Of a stretch of 64,000 nucleotides of DNA, positions 52,841-64,000 are shown one piece after another. A program made the translations under genes and the position numbers. The stretch's first letter is position 1. Each line of letters starts with the position of its first letter. Source of the DNA: Mobula hypostoma. Its lineage: Eukaryota. The notes under the pieces were generated by a model. It worked only from the letters and a program-made list of their open reading frames with translations. It had not been told where the DNA came from and did not search any database. The DNA lies in assembly GCF_963921235.1 (NCBI RefSeq), contig NC_086097.1:87484001-87548000 (forward strand), read 5' to 3'.

Positions 52841-53547
52841 CAGTCGGCCCTCCTTATCTGTGAGTTCCGCATGCGCGAATTCAACCAATCGCGAATCGGG
52901 AAAACCTGGAAGTTCTCTCTCCAGCACTCGTTGTTCGAGCACTGTTCATCTGGCGTCTCATTTGTTTGCTACTTTGTTTCAGTGAAAAAATGGCTCCTAA
53001 AAAGCAATTACGTGGTCAAAGCAATTCCTCAAAGGCTAAGAGTAGATCTTTTGAAAAGTGGCATGTTGTATTCTGAAGTGAGCCGTAAGATCGGTCAGAA
53101 CGAAGTGAGTATTCTCACAATAAAGCAGAAAGAAGCTGAAATTCGTGGAAGTGTTAGTGCTAGGGATGGCTGGCCGGCTATGTAAAGTGCTACAGCCTCA
53201 AGAACTTAAAGATCATGGGAGAATCAGCATCAGCTGATGTCGAGGCGGCATCATCGTTCTCAGCAGAGCTACAATGGTTGCGTCTGTACTGAACATGTAC
53301 ACACTTTTTTTCTTGTCATTATTCCCTAAACAATACCGTATAACAACTGTTTACATAGCATTTACATTGTATTAGGTATTATAAGTCAATGGAACAGAAA
53401 CACTGCGGGCGGCGGGTCCTGTGCTGCCCTGGGTCCTAAAGTCCACCAGCACTGAGACAGGTTAAATAAGGGACTTGAGCATCCGCATTTTTTTCTATCC
53501 GCGGGGGGTCTGGGAATCAATCCCTCACGGATAAGTAGGGCGGACTG
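52841..53547 (+). mobile_element. Tigger/pogo internal-deletion MITE (MER2/Tigger3-like)
   Basis: TA-flanked; TIRs cagtcggccctccttatctgtg / cacggataagtagggcggactg; transposase pieces MAPKKQ, DLLKSGMLYSEVSRKIGQNEVSI, KNLKIMGESASADVEAA. Confidence 0.92.
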
Positions 53548-55669
53548 TATATGCAGATGTAGATATTGCTTAACATACTGGCATTCTTGATACTAGTTTC
53601 ATTAAATATTTGAATTTTGATATTAGTTTTTCAAATATATTACCTTACTGCAGTTTGAGTTTCTTTGTGAGAAATGTTACCGATACTTCAATGTTGTCAG
53701 ATACTTGGGTGGTTTGACAGGAGAGAACATTCTCTCCCAGTTGTCCATGGAAGCTGTTGTATGGCTTTAGCATGTATTAAGGCATTATAAGTTAAATTAA
53801 ATATATGAAGAAGAATTTGTTTTTTTTTGTTATCTGTTTATTTACCACATATAAGAACTGTCATGGACCTCCACTCTAGAATATGGTGGGATGCTGCTTA
53901 TTATCTATCATTTTAGAAGAAAACTAATAAATGAGTAGAGCAACAGATCAATAGTATCTTCTGCGTTTGTTGCCAGAAAATTTCAAGTGCAAGTACTGAG
54001 AGTAAAAGTTTCCTATAATATGAAAGTATTTACTCTTATTTTTTAAAAAAAGTCACATTTATAACTCCACAGCCATGTACGTTATATGCCAGCAACTAAA
54101 ACAGTCATTAATTATTATCCAGGATGATTGACATAATACCATGAACCTTGTAGGTTTTTAATCAGTGGATCAGAAAAGGAAACAAATGAGGTAAAGCTCT
54201 AGTTCACTACATAATCAACAGTCATCCTGTTTCTGCAGCTACAGGCTTACCCAATCTGAAGTTTGCAATTTAAATTGTATTTAAATTTTATGCAACAGAG
54301 ATGTGGTGATGTGGTGTCTCCATTAGAGTATCTGAGAACAAAGTTTTCAAATTATGCAGCACCCTTTTACCCAAGTTTAAAGAAATGTCAGAATGCTTCA
54401 CAACAGTGCTCTTTGACACACTTGTCAGTGAGCCACAGTCACTCCCTCTTGGCTGAACAACTGGTTTATAGATTTATAACAGATTTGTTAACGGCAGTAA
54501 ATGATCTGAAATCACAATAAATGGAATATCTATTGTCTGTCAATCTGTTTATTTGCCAGTATTATTTAAAGCCCGAAGCAACATTTATTCCAATATTTTT
54601 GAGACCCAGTGGCCATTAGGCTCTGCTTATTTAGTAACAAATTCAAAGCTGGCACTGAAGAGTTTGCTGTTGACTTAGTTGCATGGAGCACCAGCTGACT
54701 CATGCATGTCACTGTCCTAGATTCAGAACTCCTACAGTAGCAGCATAAAATATGCCATCAGGTTTGCATGGCAACTTAATTGCACAATCCATTTTCACTG
54801 TTTGTTGTAATCATCACCTTGGCTTAGCAAATGTTGTGGAGTTCAGCCCTCCTGAACCTGCTGGCTATATTATGCATAATTAACAGTGGTACCTCAATTA
54901 GTATTTTTTCTCTTCACTAAGTGTCGGCATTTTTTTTCCAGGGATGCAATCTACCTGCTTCCTGAAGCCTGGTCAAATGCTAATGAAGTCATTGCTTTGT
55001 TTGAAAAGGAGTTTGGAATTTCCCTGCTGACCCTGTCTAAACATCCCTGCAATAATTGCATCTAGGGCTACCTATAGAATATTCACAATGCCATCCTATT
55101 TGGCTGCATCTGAATTTACAGAACTCCATAGTAAATTGGTGTTGTTGAATGATCATTTTAAATATTTTGGGTGAAAATATTAAAATATTTTTGACATTTA
55201 TATTATGTTCAACTGATGGTCTTTTTCCTGAGGCGCTTGCTCAATATCATGTGTTTCATTGTAGTCTGAGCATTTCTCATCCCCAAGGAAAGAGGTAATA
55301 GTGGAAATATTATTGGCTTATTCCCGAATCAAAACCAATTAATATTTGTGCACAAGTACCAATTATTATTAAAAGACAAACCAACTTATTTTTCCACAAC
55401 TTTAATTTGTTCATGGGATTTGTTTCCAGTGATACCAGCATTAATGATTATCCCAAACTGCTGTTTGAGAAGGTGGTTATGTAGCACTAGGATATCCGCA
55501 TTTCATGTGGTATAGGTGCTCCAACGGTGTTATTAGGTGGGACATTTTTGTTGATTCTAACTCAGCAACAATAAAGATCAGCAGTATGTTTCTTACGTGC
55601 CTGCTGTCTGGATCCATTGCAATTTGCTTATCACTATAATAGGTCAACGGCAGATGCAATCTCAGTGGC

Positions 55670-55850
55670 TCTTTCCATGGCTTTAGACCACCTGGAGAAC
55701 ACAAACACCTCTATCAGTATGCTGTTCATCGACTATAGCTCAGCATTTAATACCATGGTTCCCACAATCCTGATTTGAGAAGTTACAGAACCTTGGGCCT
55801 CTGTACCTCCCTTGGCAATTCGATCCTCGACTTCCTAACCGGAAGACCAC
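55670..55850 (+). mobile_element. Internal Rex1-type RT fragment
   Basis: [22 protein letters not shown]...ILDFLTGRP. Confidence 0.75.
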
Positions 55851-58149
55851 CCATAAAGGAGGTTTGCTTACACTTTCAGTAAATGTGGAGAATTTTGCAA
55901 GGACACCATTGAAATTTTTACATTGCTGTGGGGTGCCTACTTTTGGTGGTCCAGATTCCTGAAGAGTATAGGAAGGCAGGAGTACTGTTGCTCAGTAGAC
56001 CACAAACTTTGTGCTCGTTTTGAGACCTTAATCTTGAAATAACATTTTATGTCAATTGATCAAAGGCAGTGTTAGCGCATTGAAGGCAGCAATGAGTTTC
56101 ATCATCTGTATCTGCCCTTGCTGAGAGGTGTCTCCTGAGATATATGAAATGGTCCACATTTTCCAGGGTCTTGCCTTGAACCTTGATTGTTAGTTGACAA
56201 TATGGAGCCATTGGGCAGGTTGGTAGAGGTATTTAGTGGATGTTAAGTGCAAGGCCCTTCTACTTTAATGTCTTATGTGTAAGAGTTAACAATGTCTTGG
56301 AGCTTGGATTCCAAGTTTCATACTCTTGTTGGAGATGATTGTTGCCTGGCATTTGTATGCCACTTATCTACCTATGCCTAAGTATTGTTCAAGTCACGTC
56401 TGTGCAAACCACTTCATTTTCTTGGAAGTCACAAATGGAATTAAAAACTCTAATCATTGTAATTTTCATTACGATGGTGGATGTAAAGTATGAGTTATTT
56501 TCTTTTGTGTTGGAATTTAATAGCAGCTCCAATTCCCTCGTTTATACCTTGCTGTGGAATTAGTTTACTACAGTACCAATTGCATCAAATTACTTGTGTT
56601 AATATTAACTGAAGGATTTTTTAAAATTAATGCCTCAGAGCTTGAAGTATCATTGTTTATTTTAAATTTAATAATTTTTAAGTTTGTGCATATAGTTGTT
56701 AAGCTTGATTCACTTCCATCATTAAACTGCCTGATTCAGGACCGCTGGTTGTTATAATCTGGAGCAAAGAAACAAATTGCTAAAGGAATTCAGCTGGTCA
56801 GGCAGTACCAACAGGATAAATTGTTCTGAATTAGTGTGGCAGAACTGATCTTCTTTATTGCATAGTGCTTTCTTTGACTACATTCATAAGGAATTGTCAA
56901 AAGTTAGCCTGGCTCTGTTCAGTATAGTATTTTGTACAGTTTTATCATTCATTTTCATAATGCCATAAATATGATTTCAGATGAGAGATCTGTGTAAGAA
57001 ATAGAAGTGTGAGTAGGCCATCCAATCCAGATCTGGGGTCTTGATCTAAGACATCAGTTGTCCTTCGTAGATAGTGCCTGACCCATTGTGATCCTCCAGC
57101 AGTCTGTGTGATCCTCCAGATTCCAAAATCTTCAGTCTTTTGTCTCCATTCAGCCTTTGTGTCTGCTCATCCATAAAACTGTGATTGTTCGTCAACCTGG
57201 TGCCACCTTCCTGCATTAATTCAGTAGCCCTTGATTACCTTAATACCCAAAAGTCTCTGCTTTAAATACACCAAGTGACTGAAACTCGGGTAGAGAGTTC
57301 CAAAGCTATGCTGTTCTTTTCTTGGTGAAGAATTTTCTTCTCATCTCTGTTCTGAATGAGTTTTTTGAGACTGTAACCCCAGCCAAGGGAGCAATCCCTA
57401 CAGTCCAGCATTTCATATGTTTCAATGAGATCACCTTTCCCTTTTAAACTCATGATGGCTGAATGAGACTTGGTGTGCATTAAAACAGATTTAAAAAAAG
57501 GTAAGGATCATCTCAGATGTAAAGTGGTAGAATGCTAGGAGCCCATTAGGATTTCATTGGAATATTCCAGTCTGAAAATTCACACTGGTTTCAGCAGCAG
57601 ATGGATAGAGACAAGTTGAATTCCGGAGAGAGTAAAAGAAAAAGTGGAAATAGATATTCTGAAGCTCTTTTCTGGGTCAAAACTGGCAGTTATTTCTTTC
57701 AATCTTAGCACAGGTACCAGGTTTAGGAATGGAATGAGTCAGAGGATGTTGGGGGCCAGAGCCATGGGACTGATTTCCAGCACTGCCATAAGCTTTTCTT
57801 TGTGGAAATTTGGTAACGACACCTCTGTTTCACAGATTTCCATAGTCTAATCAGTGCTCAGACTGGACATCTGCCTGCTGGGTGTGTGCCAGATTAAACC
57901 TGATGCAAGCACTGCAATCCCATTAAAATGGGAATAAACATTTGTCAAGAGAATGGCAAGAAGATCTTATTTGATTTAAATTTGTTAGTTTAAATTTATT
58001 AAATTAAGTATGTATGCTTTTGCATTTTCATTTTAAAATTAAAGTCACTTTTTAATTCTGTTTTCTTAATTCTCAGATTATTTTTGGACGTTTGCTGACC
58101 TTAAAGGCAATCCTCAGGTCATTCTTAAATTTAAACAATCTCCATCAAA

Positions 58150-59235
58150 AGATCATTGCATCTGCGCCGAAAGGGCACTAATGTCCTAGCGGGAAGGTTT
58201 GCTAGTGCTACTTGGAGGGGTTTAAAATAGAGTAGCGGGGATAGGAACCAGAGTGCCAGAACAGTTGTGGAGACAGATGTTAAGACCTCAGAAAAATTTA
58301 GGAATCAAATTGTTGAGCTTGATGCGAGTTGGCTGACCTGAGCTGTGTATATTTCAATGCACGAAGTATCGTAGAAGAGGCAGATGCACTCAGGGCATGC
58401 TTCGACACATGGAATTATGATATTCTAGTCACTAGTGAGACTTGGTTGTCGGAGTGGCATGACTGGCAGTCCAATTTTCTGGGGTTCCAGTGTTTTAGAC
58501 ACGACAGAGCAGGAGGGATTAAAGGAGAAAGGGTGGCTTTACTAGTCATGGAAAATGTCCCAGTAGCGCTCAGTCAGGTCAGATTGGAGAACTCATCTAG
58601 TGAGGCACTATGGGTGGAACTGAGAAATAAGAAAGGTATTTCCACGTCGAAGGGGCTATATTACAGACCACCCAACATCCTGAGGGATTTAGAGAAACAC
58701 ATTTACAGAGAGGTTGCAGCCTGTTGCAATAAGATTGTTATAGCTGGTGATTTTAACTTTCCACCTACTGACTAGATCTCCCATACTGTAAAAGGAGTAG
58801 ATTGGATAGTTTTGTCAAATGTGTTCAGGAAAACTTCCTTCATCAGTACATAGAAGTCCCAGTGAGGGAGTGTGTGATGCTTGATCTGTTATTAGGAATG
58901 AGACAGGGCAGAATGACAGAAGTTTGTGTCGGCGCACTCTTCTGTTTTAATGGATATCTGTGGAGAACAAGAATTTCAGGTTGTATATTGTATATATTTC
59001 TCTGGTATTAAATGGAAGTATTGACTCTTGAACTTTGCATCTAGTGATCATAATGCAATTAGTTTCAAAGTAAATATGCAAAAGGTAGGTCTGGTCTATG
59101 GGCTGAGATTCTAAATTGGAGAAAGGCCAATTCTAATGGTATCGGAAAGGATCTGGCGAATGTGGATTGGAACAGGCTGTTCTCTGGCAAAGTGTACTTG
59201 GTAAGTGGGAGGCCTTCAAGCAAAATTTTGAGAGG
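58150..59235 (+). mobile_element. CR1 LINE ORF1 end plus apurinic-endonuclease region
   Basis: KGTNVLAGRFASAT; CVYFNARSI, SETWL, ALWVELRNKKG, YYRPP, GDFNFP. Confidence 0.85.
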
Positions 59236-59249
59236 AAGTGTTAGACAAT

Positions 59250-60240
59250 TAAAAGTTCACATCACAGTAAATTTATTACCAAAGTACATATGTCACCATA
59301 TACAACCCTAAGATTAACTTGTGGGCATACTCAATAAAATGTATAGAATAATAACCAAAACAAAATCAATGAAAGACCACCCAAGCACATTCAGCATGCA
59401 GAAGGAAAAAAAACTGCAAGTACAAAAAGAAGAAATAATAACAATAATATATAAGCAATGAGTATTGAACCATGAGACGAAGAGTCCTTGAAAATGTGTC
59501 CATTAGTTGTGGGATAATTTCAATGATGGGGTTATCCTCTTTGTTTCAAGACTCTGATGGTTAAGGGGTAGTGACTGTTCCCGAAACTGGTGGTGTGCAT
59601 TCTGCCTCTCTTATACTGTGCCACCTTGATGGCAGCAGTGAGAAGAGAGCTTGGCCCAGGTGGTAGGGAATCCCTTGATGATGGATGCTGCTTTCCTGTA
59701 ACAGTGTTTCGTGTAGCTGTGCTCAATGGTGGGGAGAGCTTTACCCATGATGGACTGGGACATATCCACTACATTTTATAGGATTTTCTATTCATGGGGA
59801 TTGGTGTTTCCATACCAGGCAGTGATGCAACCAGTCAGTATGCTCTCCTCTACACATCTATAGAAGTTCGTCAAAGTTTTAGATATCATGCTGAATTTCC
59901 ACAAACTCCTAAGGAAGTAGAGGCACGGCCGTGCTTTCTTAGTAATTGCAGTTGCATGCTGGGCATGGGACAGGTACTCTGAAATAATAACACCTTGGAA
60001 TTTAAAGTTGCTAACCCTCTCCACCTCTGATCCTTTCATAATGACTGGTTCATGGACCTCTGGTTTCCTTCTGAAGTCTATAATCAGCTCCTTGGTATTG
60101 CTGACATTGAGTAAGAGGTTGTTGTTATGGCACATCTTGGCCAAATTTTCAGTCTCCCTCCTGTATGCTGATTCATCACCACCTTTGATTTGGCCTATGA
60201 CAGAGATGTCATCAGCAAACTTGAATATGGCATTGGAGCT
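59250..60240 (-). mobile_element. Rex1/Babar-like LINE 3' part
   Basis: NNLLLNVSNTKELIIDFRR, KKARPCLYFLRSL, ESILTGCITAWYGN; 3'UTR shared with ~49010-49290. Confidence 0.85.
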
Positions 60241-60699
60241 TTATTTTCTTGACAACCAAGATTTAACAAGGTATTTGTATTTCCCTAGTTTTACTAGACC
60301 AATTGTTCAGGTCTTCATTTATATGGAAGCATATTTGATTATCCTGTAATTATGTCCTGAGTATCACTTTCTAGCAGAGCCACGTTCAAACCTAGCTACT
60401 GGTTTATTAATGTCCCATGTGGATGCCATTAAATGCATTCTTTTAGGTGGTAAGGGAAGACTGGAGCCAGTTGAAGACCTGTCTGTATCTAGTGTCAGAA
60501 AACAAGAGGGGAATATTTAATATCAGATCTGAAAGTGTCTTTGCCTGAACATTAATACAGTTTCTCTTTCCACCATGCTGTCGGATCTTCAGAGTTTCTA
60601 GGATTTTTAGTTTTTTACCTGTAATAGATGTTTACCAAGAAAGAAGATTTTGCTAAACTCTTGTAATGTTGATGTTTGATGATGCCAACTTTGTGTTTT

Positions 60700-61245
60700 G
60701 TGTGAAGTTCTGGATATTAATAAGATTGAAAGGTTGCAGGGAAAATTTAAAAGGATGCCACTGGGACTTGAGGATCTGTGTTGTAGGGAAAGGTTAAATA
60801 AGTTGGGGCATTTTTTTCGCCCTGGACCATAGGAGTTTAGGAGAGATTTGACAGGGATGCAAAATTGTTAATACACTTATAAACTTAATATAAACTTAAG
60901 AGGTGTTAATAGGATAAATGCAAGCAGGCTTTTCCCACTGAAGATGGGCCAGCCTAGAACTAGAGGTCATAGATTAAGGGTGAAAGATTGAAGGGAGGGT
61001 GAGGGGAAACTTCATTCAGAGGATGGTGCAAATGTGGAATGAGCTGCCCACAGATTTGGTGGTTATGGGTTTAATTTCAATGTTTAAGAGAAATTTTGAT
61101 TCCCCCCCCCTCCCCAAGAGAACATGGATGGCAGGATTATAGAGGGGTGTGGTCAGGCACGGGTCAGTGGGACTTGGCAGATTAATTCTTTGGCATGGAC
61201 TAGATTGGTTGAAAGGCCTGTTTCTGTGCTATAGTGATCTATGAC
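60700..61245 (+). mobile_element. CR1 3' fragment
   Basis: agaactagaggtcatagattaagggtgaaag, tggaatgagctgcc, and 3' end ggcctgtttctgtgctatag. Confidence 0.7.
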
Positions 61246-62977
61246 TTAATGATTCTTTATAAAGGGGAATGTCCGCAGCAAAGAGGGAGAGCAGAATTCC
61301 GAGAGTGAGTTGAATGATGTGGCCTGTCGTAGCAAAGGCCTGATTATTTGGAATCTACATTTTCTGCAGTATTTCATTTATAGATGGCTTTGATAATGAG
61401 TAGCTTTTCAAGTGATGGGTGTATTTGAAATCCAGAAATGATTTTAAACACCATATTTTTGGTATCCTTTGTTTGGTTTCAGTCTTTCCAAATTGTATAG
61501 ATCTGTAAGATTTCATTTGGTTGAAAGGCAAGTGGAAAGGAGTTGGTGAAAAATGAAATAACTATAATGTATTTCAAAGTAATATAGAATCGAGTAGTAC
61601 TTGCATTTTTTTTTGCCTTCACCTGCTTGGAGAGTGTACTCCTATTCTTGTACTCTTCTCAGGCAATTGATCAATTTCACTATGATTGAAGATATGTGAA
61701 ATGCTTTTCTTTTGAGCTGCACTAACTTGTTTTGACAGCAAAAGCAGCTCATGGAAGGATAAACTGTCCACTCGGAAAAAATGTGAGTAAAAGGTCTTAG
61801 AAAGGGCAGGAAATAAATTGCTGAAATGAACTGGATCAAGAATGGAACTATTATTTAAGGTTTTGGTTTTGGAATTGATGTTCCTTCAGTACCAAGATCG
61901 ATATGTAGTTTGAGTTCAAGTTCAATTATTCAACCATATATGTATACCCATGAATATAGCTGAATGAAACAGTTTTCCTCCGGGGCCATGGTGCAAAATG
62001 TAGTACCAACAGTCATACACAGCACAAGGCACATATAGCACATTCAAAATCACAGTAAACATATAGTCACACAAAAACATAATGTAGACCAAGTCCCGAG
62101 GTAACATGCCCTGCAGATTGATGGAGCATGAACATTATTGACGAGAACAAGCTCTCAGTAGTCCACAGACTGACTCGTGCATACAGCTTCCACCAAGCAA
62201 ACATTCCGGGGGGGGGGGCCTGTCCCCAATTTGCATGGATGCTATGTCACACCGCCTCTGGCCTCTTCTCCTCCTGGTGGCTACAACAGGCAATGCCATG
62301 GTTTGAGGCCTAGTCCTCGCTACAACCAAGACCGTGCCCCCACCGCCAGTCTCGCCAATAAACCAGTGAACTGGATTTGCAATATTCTATGTTACCGAAG
62401 AACAACAGGGTCTTGTGATCACAAGAAAAACGTACAAGAGAATCACTCGCTGCTAGACTGCACACTGCCTTCATGCAGCTAAGCTGACGCCTTTCTGTCG
62501 CAGGCAGCAACAGGGTCCGCATCAAGTCCAGCTCCTTGAGCTCTTCTGCTAATGGGTAACTCGCTGATGGGGCAGACCTGCAACTCCTGAAGTTCGCGAT
62601 GTCCAGCAGTGCCTTGTTATCGTAGTAAAAGGCAAAAACACCTTTGGTTGGCCCCAGTCAGGCTGCTGCATCTGAATGTACCACCATCTGGCTGGAGATG
62701 TTGAACCTGAAAAGTTACTGAGAAAGTGAACCTGATGTTCCATTTTAACTGACAATGCATGTTGCTGGGTCAGTAAAATTCTTCTGGGTCCAAGTACACT
62801 ACCTGTACAAATTATAGTGGTATAAATGAAATGAATTCTGAACTTTGTCAGATGTTTATATTCTGATTAAATACTCACATTTACATTGTTCAAAGTCAAA
62901 TTAGAATTTTATAATATTTATTTCATTTTGAAATTATTTCTTTTTGCATGAGAAAAATCTTTTGAGTTTTGCTACAG

Positions 62978-63296
62978 AACATGCAGTGGATAAATGATTG
63001 ACCAACCTCTAACTCTTCAAAGTATTTCTGCCACTTTTGGGGCAAAAGTAACATATCAATTTTCAAACCATCCAGGAAGAAGCTATTGTCCTGATTGACA
63101 CTTGCCCATCTAGCCTGCAAATAAAACCCTCCAAGTGATTGTGCCAGAGCCAGCTGCACAGCTTGGCAAGGCACTCTGACTTGGAAACAGAGAACACCTT
63201 CCTCCTGGGTCTGAAATACTTGATCGCCATATCTAAAGTTTGTCAGATACCTGTAGTGTTTCAAGAAGTTTCACCATCAACTTCACAAGGAACAGG
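62978..63296 (+). other. Candidate non-coding (5'UTR-like) exon
   Basis: Acceptor ttttgctacag|, donor cagg|gtaatg; unique-looking, with stops in all frames. Confidence 0.25.
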
Positions 63297-64000
63297 GTAA
63301 TGAGATCAGCTCCTGATAATGTCAACCAGTTGCAAGGTTGATATTTTTTGCGTATAATAAAATATACATTTTGTTGTGTAACTTATTTATTCTGCCAGAA
63401 ATTGGATTGCTCTGACATTTTTTTTTCCTTGGTTCTCCTAGATATATTTTAAGTCTGTAAAACTAAGTTGGATCGTCAATGGTTTTATTTAGAGTTGTGA
63501 ATGTACAAATATTATTGTGTGTAGCTTCAGGCAATGGCAGTTTCCTAAATAAGAAAGAACATTAAAATGAGGTTACATTGATGAGGCAGCCTATTTAAAG
63601 TCCTCTGGACTTGAAGGCAGTACTGTATATATGACCTCAAACTTTAAATAGATTTTTGGCCATTAGCAGGGAGATGAATTTAATCATTTCATGAGTTACA
63701 GAAGGTTATGACCAATTAAGCAAGCACTTTTTGACCAATTAATTCTTTTGGGAAACACATAACTTTTGCATGTGGCATTTCATTTGGTTACATTGTAGCT
63801 TTCAAGGTTTTTGTTGCTCTGAAATAAATTGTGATGATGGACTGCAGGTAATATTGCTTAGGGAATATACTATGCATTAATTTACTTGAAGTATTGTGAT
63901 GTATGCTTTTATAGTTAACATTTGTCAATAAGGTACATCAGTTAATCTGGGCAGCTGCTTATTTGGGACAACTCTTAAAGATTGAAAACTATTAAGAAAA

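Noticed and set aside
54942..55065. Acceptor plus short frame DAIYLLPEAW...
   Set aside because: It ends in a stop with no clear donor; the resemblance to a pogo transposase is too weak.
62923..63264. Minus-strand 113-aa ORF with faint mariner C-terminus flavour (FFLDGLK...PQKWQK)
   Set aside because: No TIR or catalytic motifs, and the spacing is wrong; probably chance.
1..64000. Most short ORFs in the supplied track; prokaryotic systems such as CRISPR or operons
   Set aside because: The ORFs are TE fragments, their antisense frames or random; there are no repeat-spacer arrays or gene-dense tracts, and the DNA is eukaryotic.

Overview
This is vertebrate nuclear DNA, probably a cartilaginous fish (ray/shark), inferred from HE1/V-SINE-like SINEs and abundant CR1, Rex1 and Penelope copies. 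It is dominated by decayed and often nested transposable elements: CR1, Rex1/Babar, Vingi, RTE derivatives, Penelope-like elements (PLEs), Tc1, mariner and Tigger MITEs, and three tRNA-SINE families. No complete host protein-coding gene is recognisable. A CpG-rich promoter region (~22.7-25.2 kb) with CCAAT boxes and splice donors suggests the 5' end of a + strand gene, with a few candidate non-coding exons downstream. The most unusual object is a non-autonomous RTE-tailed retroelement present twice (41943-42489 minus; 11812-11945 plus, 5'-truncated). It carries a 178-bp, circularly permuted piece of the first coding exon of ZFTRAF1/CYHR1 (PPKxRL...KLEERLYSVL^CCTVCLDLPKAS). This suggests capture of a nucleosome-sized DNA circle that was then amplified by retrotransposition. 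Other notable items are PLE termini with decayed minimal hammerhead ribozymes, a four-TIR fold-back mariner MITE, and a Tigger MITE resembling human MER2/Tigger3. Family names rest on remembered motifs, not database searches.
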